Assembly (NCBI GenBank): GCA_965203325.1
Contig: OZ241875.1
Location: 4,328,712 to 4,392,711 of the forward strand
Origin: a bacterium
GTDB taxonomy: Bacteria; UBA8248
Direction of reading: 5' to 3'
DNA length: 64,000 nt
Below the pieces are notes generated by a model. That model was given only the letters and a program-made list of their open reading frames with translations. It did no database searches and was not told the DNA's origin. Each line of letters opens with the position of its first letter. Within the stretch, counting starts at the first letter, position 1. Of the stretch, positions 58,792-64,000 are shown piece after piece. Position numbers and translations under genes: made by a program.

Positions 58792-60468
58792 ATGGTTCTG
58801 AGAAACAAGGTATTCGCTATCATTTTTCTGGTACTGGGCATCCTCCCGGCTTCTGCATTTGCCGGGTCCGCAGATATCGCCCTGGTGAACGGGAAGATAA
58901 TAACCGTCGATAAGAGCTTTTCCACCCGACAGGCAGTGGCTGTCCGGGGTGAACGCATCTTGTCTGTGGGGGATAATTCTCAAGTAAAGCAATTTATCGA
59001 TTCTGATACAAAAGTGATTGATCTGAAAGGCAAAACGCTTGTTCCAGGCCTGATCGACAACCATGTGCATTTCATCCGCCACGCGCTGCGCTGGGAGCAC
59101 GAAGCGAGAATCGACGGTGTCACTTCCCGTAAAAAGGCGCTATCCTTCATTTCCGCCAAAGCGAAATCCATGAAACGCGGCGAATGGGTGCTCATCATTG
59201 GTGGATGGAGCCCGGGACAATTCCGGGATACGCCGGGTTTGTTTACGAAGGCGGAGTTGGACCTGGCCGCCCCGAACAACCCCGTGTTCATTCAGCAATC
59301 CTATCGATTCATGATTCTGAACAGCCTGGCCCTCGAGAAGGCGGGAATCGATGAGAATTTCGAAGCGCCGAGAGGGTGGCGGATAGCCAGAAGCGAGTCC
59401 GGTGCTCCCACGGGCGTCATTCATGGACGTCGGGCCATTTTCAGGTTCTGGCGGCGTGTACTGCCGAAAATTACGGACGATAAAACCATATCCGGTCTCA
59501 AGAAGCTGATGGCGGATTTCAACCGTGCCGGCGTGACGAGTTTGCTCGAGTTGGGCGGCGGCGGGGTCCGGGATGCGACATACGAGCTGATCAGGAGAAG
59601 ACTGGCTGATAACGATGGCCTTACGCTGAGGATATTTCATACGCCTCGCTTCCGGGTTCGCTCTCCTGAGGCAAACAAAAGAGTGATTGAGAGAATTCGA
59701 AACTCCCGCCCGGATAAATCTGCGAAGATGATGGGTTATATCGCACTCGGTGAGCATATGTATGCGCCTCTCCACGATTCGGCGTTCAGGCCCTCCAGGT
59801 TCCCGGATGAGGATTATGATGAATTCAGGAAAGTTTCCGAGGCGGCGGCGGATGCGGGATGGACGATTCACGAACATGCTTTTCGCGACACGACGATCAC
59901 GCGGTATCTGGATATTTTCGAGAAGATAAATCAAAGAAAAGATATCACGAAACTTCGCTGGTCGATCCACCACGCGGATTTCATATCGAAGAGAAACATC
60001 GAGCGCGCAGGAGTGCTCGGGATGACTTTTGCCCTGCACAGCAAGATGACGATTCTGGGTTCCGCCCTGAGGCGACGATATGGGGATCGGGCCCTCTCGC
60101 TCCCGCCGCTCAGAACAGTCCAGAACAGCGGGGTCATCTGGGGGCTCGGTACGGACGCCGGGGCCGTGGCCCCATATCCGCCCATGTTTTCGCTTTGGTG
60201 GGCGGTGACGGGCATGGATTTGGGCGGGGAGAGGGCGCTTTCGGAATCTGAAACCGTTTCGAGAAAACAAGCGTTAATCGCCCACACGCGGTCGAACGCA
60301 TACCTGCTTTTCAAGGAAAATGAACTGGGCTCCATCGAGAAGGGCAAGCTGGCCGACCTCGTCGTGCTCGACCGCGATTACATGACGATACCTGCGGAGC
60401 AAATCAAGGACATCAAGCCTCTCCTCACGATGGTCGGGGGAAGGGTGGTGTTCCGATCAGGAATATGA
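58792..60468 (+). CDS. Exported amidohydrolase family 3 (YtcJ-like) protein
   Basis: Signal peptide, NGKIIT, PGLIDNHVH, GTD, GSIEKGKLADLVVLD. Confidence 0.92.
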   Translation: MVLRNKVFAIIFLVLGILPASAFAGSADIALVNGKIITVDKSFSTRQAVAVRGERILSVGDNSQVKQFIDSDTKVIDLKGKTLVPGLIDNHVHFIRHALRWEHEARIDGVTSRKKALSFISAKAKSMKRGEWVLIIGGWSPGQFRDTPGLFTKAELDLAAPNNPVFIQQSYRFMILNSLALEKAGIDENFEAPRGWRIARSESGAPTGVIHGRRAIFRFWRRVLPKITDDKTISGLKKLMADFNRAGVTSLLELGGGGVRDATYELIRRRLADNDGLTLRIFHTPRFRVRSPEANKRVIERIRNSRPDKSAKMMGYIALGEHMYAPLHDSAFRPSRFPDEDYDEFRKVSEAAADAGWTIHEHAFRDTTITRYLDIFEKINQRKDITKLRWSIHHADFISKRNIERAGVLGMTFALHSKMTILGSALRRRYGDRALSLPPLRTVQNSGVIWGLGTDAGAVAPYPPMFSLWWAVTGMDLGGERALSESETVSRKQALIAHTRSNAYLLFKENELGSIEKGKLADLVVLDRDYMTIPAEQIKDIKPLLTMVGGRVVFRSGI

Positions 60469-60632
60469 GATTAAGATCAGCATTATATCTATTTGAATTT
60501 TATGCAATTAAACTTTTGTCTCTCAAAACAAGAAATCTGATTTGACAGCAAGAATCGGATAGAAGCCTCCCGGCGTTGCGGTTACATTATAAATGAATAT
60601 GCAATCGCTCATATCTTTCGGGGGACGATAAA

Positions 60633-61676
60633 GTGAACATGAATGCTCGTTGGGAAGCGATCCTCAAGCGTGACGCCAGGGCGGATGGGCATTTCGTATA
60701 CGCCGTTCGCTCCACCGGGATTTACTGCCGCCCTTCCTGTGCAAGCCGAAAGCCCAGGAAAAACAACGTGTTGATATTCAAATTCCCGGAAATGGCGGAA
60801 GCGCGCGGCTTCAGGCCTTGCCGGCGGTGCGCTCCGCAGGATGCGGGCTACGACCCTCGCCTCGAGAAGGTGAGAAAAACGGTTCGCTATCTCGAAGAGC
60901 ATTTGGATGAAAGCCCGACCCTTGCGGAGTTGGGGCGGATGGTGCGCCTGAGCCCCCATCATCTGCAGCGAAGTTTCAAGAGGGCTTTGGGCGTAAGTCC
61001 CCGCCGGTATCTCGAATCCCTTAAGGCGCAGAAATACAGGGAGTTACTCAAAAGCGGGCGCGACCTGGCGGGCGCCGGCTACGAGGCCGGCTACGGCTCC
61101 AGCAGGGGAGTGTACGAGGGCGCATCGCGCTATCTGGGCATGACGCCGGCGACCTATAAAAAGGGCGGGGAGGGCGTATCGATACGCTACGGAATCGCCT
61201 CTTGCAGGCTGGGGCGGCTGCTGGTGGCGGCTACGGAGAAGGGTGTCTGCCGCGTGAGTATCGCGGATACTGTCGGCGAACTCGTGCACGATATTGAAAA
61301 CGAATATCCCCATGCGAATCTGAGTCGAAGCGATGATCAGTTAAAGGAACACTTGAATGTAGTCACGAGTATTGCCGAGGGTGAGCCAGCCTCGGAATCC
61401 TTGCCGCTTGATGTGCGCGCCAGTGTTTTCCAGTGCCGCGTGTGGGAGCGGCTCAAGGCCATTCCTCACGGAAAAACAATGACATACAAAGAAATTGCCG
61501 AAGACTTGAGCCTCCCGAAAGGCGCGCGGGCGGTGGGAAGCGCATGCGCCCGAAACCCGGTAGCGCTGCTGGTGCCCTGCCACAGGGCGGTACGGGCGGA
61601 CGGCAGCCTCGCGGGCTATCGCTGGGGCGTGGAGCGCAAGAGAAAACTCCTGGGGATGGAGAAGAAGCAAAAGTAA
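60633..61676 (+). CDS. ada: Bifunctional transcriptional regulator / O6-methylguanine-DNA methyltransferase
   Basis: STGIYCRPSC...GFRPCRRC zinc site, AraC HTH, PCHR active site. Confidence 0.96.
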   Translation: MNMNARWEAILKRDARADGHFVYAVRSTGIYCRPSCASRKPRKNNVLIFKFPEMAEARGFRPCRRCAPQDAGYDPRLEKVRKTVRYLEEHLDESPTLAELGRMVRLSPHHLQRSFKRALGVSPRRYLESLKAQKYRELLKSGRDLAGAGYEAGYGSSRGVYEGASRYLGMTPATYKKGGEGVSIRYGIASCRLGRLLVAATEKGVCRVSIADTVGELVHDIENEYPHANLSRSDDQLKEHLNVVTSIAEGEPASESLPLDVRASVFQCRVWERLKAIPHGKTMTYKEIAEDLSLPKGARAVGSACARNPVALLVPCHRAVRADGSLAGYRWGVERKRKLLGMEKKQK

Positions 61677-61877
61677 TTTCAATATGTTACCGGGCAAAAT
61701 GCATCGGGCGCATGAGCGGACTCCGGGGTATCGGGCGGCGCCCCGATCAGGCGCGCAATTCCCCGCATTTGCCGTCGCGCGTACGCCTCCCTGGCCGTGG
61801 TATCCTCACGAAGTTTCTGCGGGAGGGAGATTTTCAGCCCCGCATTTCCCCGCAACTTCCCGCATTTCCCCTCGAAA

Positions 61878-61943
61878 ATTTTCAGTAATTTATCGAAATA
61901 CCCCGTTAATTTATCTGATTTTATCGAAATTTACGGAAATTCC
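61878..61943 (-). repeat. Inverted copy of the 66-bp element at 43572-43637
   Basis: 58/66 identity; preceded by CGCATTTCCC decamer repeats. Confidence 0.85.
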
Positions 61944-62199
61944 AGAAGCTCCGTGCGGGCCGATTTCTCTACCATCATAACCACCCTTTTTTAGTCCCTC
62001 CATAGCAAATGCGTGCTAATGCGAAAGCCGTTTCAATGGCTCGACTCGGTGGTGGAGACTGAGCAAAGAATGCGGCGTTGGAAGCGTTTATCTCCTAGAT
62101 TCGTTGCGTCCAAATACCAACTAGACCACAAAACTGCTAGACCTGCTGAGAGGTTCCCTAGTACTGTAGTGGAGAATCTATAATGACAAGGGAGGGGTC

Positions 62200-64000
62200 A
62201 TGGCTCGATTAAAAATCGCCGCTGTCATCCTCGAAGCCGCCGAAAAGTGGAAGCAGCGATGCCTGCTTGAGGGTGGCTCGCTGTTTAGTGAGGAACGGCT
62301 CTGGACGAGGGAATACTTCGGGGAACTTCAAACCTATTTCGTTGAACGTCCAGATGAGGGAAGCGATTCATTTGAAGAGAAGTTGCGGCGCCAACTCGAA
62401 CCTGCACCCCCGGAGGCGAAGCGTCTATGGGCGGAAATGACGTGGGCGTACTACCTGATCGTGGAGCCTGTGACACGGGTAAAGAAGCTCGACAGGCTCA
62501 GGACGGTTTGGGAGTGGTCGGGAGTGGCGTTGCCTGAAGATCACTGGGCGTTGGGTGACGTTCTGGACAGAGGAATGATCAGTCCGGGCACGTTTTATCT
62601 GATACAGCAGTGGCGTGAGTTCAACTTCATCATCACAATGATGCTCGACTGGTATTCCCGTTCCACTGGACAACGGGAATCGTTGCTTAACGACCCTTGG
62701 GGTTTCGCGAAATGGGTTGACGGGCAGGAAGACGGCCACCGACGTCAATTCCGTCATGCCTTTTTATTCCTGCTGTTCCCCGACGAATTTGAAGACATTG
62801 TAACGCTGCGCCATAAAAGAAACATCGTCAAGGCTTTTCGTGAGGATACCAGCGAGACTTCTGACGTCGACAGCATGGACCTCTCCGACCTCGACAAGGC
62901 GTTGCTGGCAGTAAGGAAACGCCTCGAAGATGATCATCCCGGAAAGGAAATATATTTTTACGAGCCATCCTTGAGGGAGGTTTGGCAAGGCGGTTCTCCG
63001 AAGCCAAAGGCAGATGACAATACAGATGAAGCCAACGATGAGGCATGGTTCCAAGACCGTTTTGGAAAGGTAGACGTGTGGGCCATCGCGGCGGGCGAGG
63101 GTGCTCGCATGTGGAGGGATTTCCAAGAACACGGCATCGCGGCGATCGGGTTCGAGACACTCGGAGATCTCAGCGAATATGACTCCAGAGACACCATCCA
63201 CAGCGCGTTGATCGAGACCGGCGCAGGGCAAAACCCGAGCAACCACTCGCTTGCCGTGTGGGAATTCGTGAACGAGGTGAAGATCGGGGACGTTCTCATC
63301 GTAAAGAGAGGACGCAGCGCCATTCTCGCGTGGGGAAATGTTACCGGAGATTATGCCTACGAGCCCGAGCGACCTGAGTATCCGAACATCCGGAAGGTCG
63401 AGTGGCATCCTTGCCGCGCACCGATCGACCTCCAAGACCCGCTCACCACCAAGACGCTGACTCGATTCACATCTTACAAGAAGTGGTTGCGGGATGTCTT
63501 CGAATTGATCGATGCCGAAGAACGGGAAAACGGGACCAATGGCACAGAAAACGGAACCTATGACATCACCGCCGCACTCGATGACCTATTCGTGGAAGAA
63601 GCGCAGTTCCGGCGCATTCTTGACTCCATCGCACTTCGGAAGAACTTGATCCTCCAAGGACCGCCGGGAGTCGGCAAGACCTTCATCGCGCGACGGATCG
63701 CGTGGTGTCTGATTGGACGCCAGGACTCAGACTCCATCGAAATGGTGCAGTTCCATCAATCCTATGCGTATGAAGACTTTGTGCAAGGCTGGAGGCCGAC
63801 AGAAACCGGCGGCTTCACGTTGCGCAATGGCGTGTTCTTTGAGTTCTGCAAACGAGCGGAGCAACAGCCCGAGACTCCCTTTGTCTTCATTATCGACGAG
63901 ATTAACCGGGGCAACCTTTCGAGGATATTCGGAGAGTTACTCATGCTCATCGAAGTGGACAAGCGTGGCCCGGATCATGCTATTTCGATGACCTACGGTG
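62200..64000 (+). CDS. mcrB: McrB-family AAA+ GTPase of a modification-dependent restriction system (runs off the right edge; not in the ORF track)
   Basis: ATG 62200 after GGAGG and TATAAT; KNLILQGPPGVGKT, VQFHQSYAYEDFVQG, FIIDEINRGNLSRIFGELLMLIE; PUA/EVE-like W...KIGD..I domain. Confidence 0.9.
   Translation, partial: MARLKIAAVILEAAEKWKQRCLLEGGSLFSEERLWTREYFGELQTYFVERPDEGSDSFEEKLRRQLEPAPPEAKRLWAEMTWAYYLIVEPVTRVKKLDRLRTVWEWSGVALPEDHWALGDVLDRGMISPGTFYLIQQWREFNFIITMMLDWYSRSTGQRESLLNDPWGFAKWVDGQEDGHRRQFRHAFLFLLFPDEFEDIVTLRHKRNIVKAFREDTSETSDVDSMDLSDLDKALLAVRKRLEDDHPGKEIYFYEPSLREVWQGGSPKPKADDNTDEANDEAWFQDRFGKVDVWAIAAGEGARMWRDFQEHGIAAIGFETLGDLSEYDSRDTIHSALIETGAGQNPSNHSLAVWEFVNEVKIGDVLIVKRGRSAILAWGNVTGDYAYEPERPEYPNIRKVEWHPCRAPIDLQDPLTTKTLTRFTSYKKWLRDVFELIDAEERENGTNGTENGTYDITAALDDLFVEEAQFRRILDSIALRKNLILQGPPGVGKTFIARRIAWCLIGRQDSDSIEMVQFHQSYAYEDFVQGWRPTETGGFTLRNGVFFEFCKRAEQQPETPFVFIIDEINRGNLSRIFGELLMLIEVDKRGPDHAISMTYG

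Noticed and set aside
62285..63991. Several short ORFs called on both strands at the right end
   Set aside because: Shadows of the long McrB-like frame starting at 62200

Overview
Bacterial chromosomal segment, mostly high GC (about 60-68% by eye) with a lower-GC trough at about 45-57 kb. From left to right it holds: a tandem-RidA/SDR/alpha-beta-hydrolase cluster; a delta-9-type desaturase with a long Ala-rich tail; ilvC; a complete variant System I cytochrome c maturation cluster (ccmE with CxxxF, ccmF, two accessory genes, ccmABCD, a CX7C-type ccmH, two TlpA); catabolic and ABC uptake genes; HU, miaB and a UvrD-like helicase. Next is a small accessory island bounded by two MITE-like elements, with a Dam-like MTase, a short PD-(D/E)XK nuclease, an orphan HicB, a CxxU AhpD-like putative selenoprotein with a SECIS-like hairpin (missed by the ORF track) and a small CxxCH protein; an orphan BrnA lies just outside the left element. 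The right part has an E1a/E1b/E2 acetoin/2-oxoacid dehydrogenase operon, the rimP-nusA-infB-rbfA-truB-rpsO-pnp operon, ada, and the start of an McrB-like restriction GTPase. Several non-coding repeat families are present: GTAG REPs, nested MITEs, and a 66-bp inverted repeat bracketing 18 kb. No rRNA, tRNA or CRISPR array was seen. All calls come from motif recognition by eye; no searches were run.
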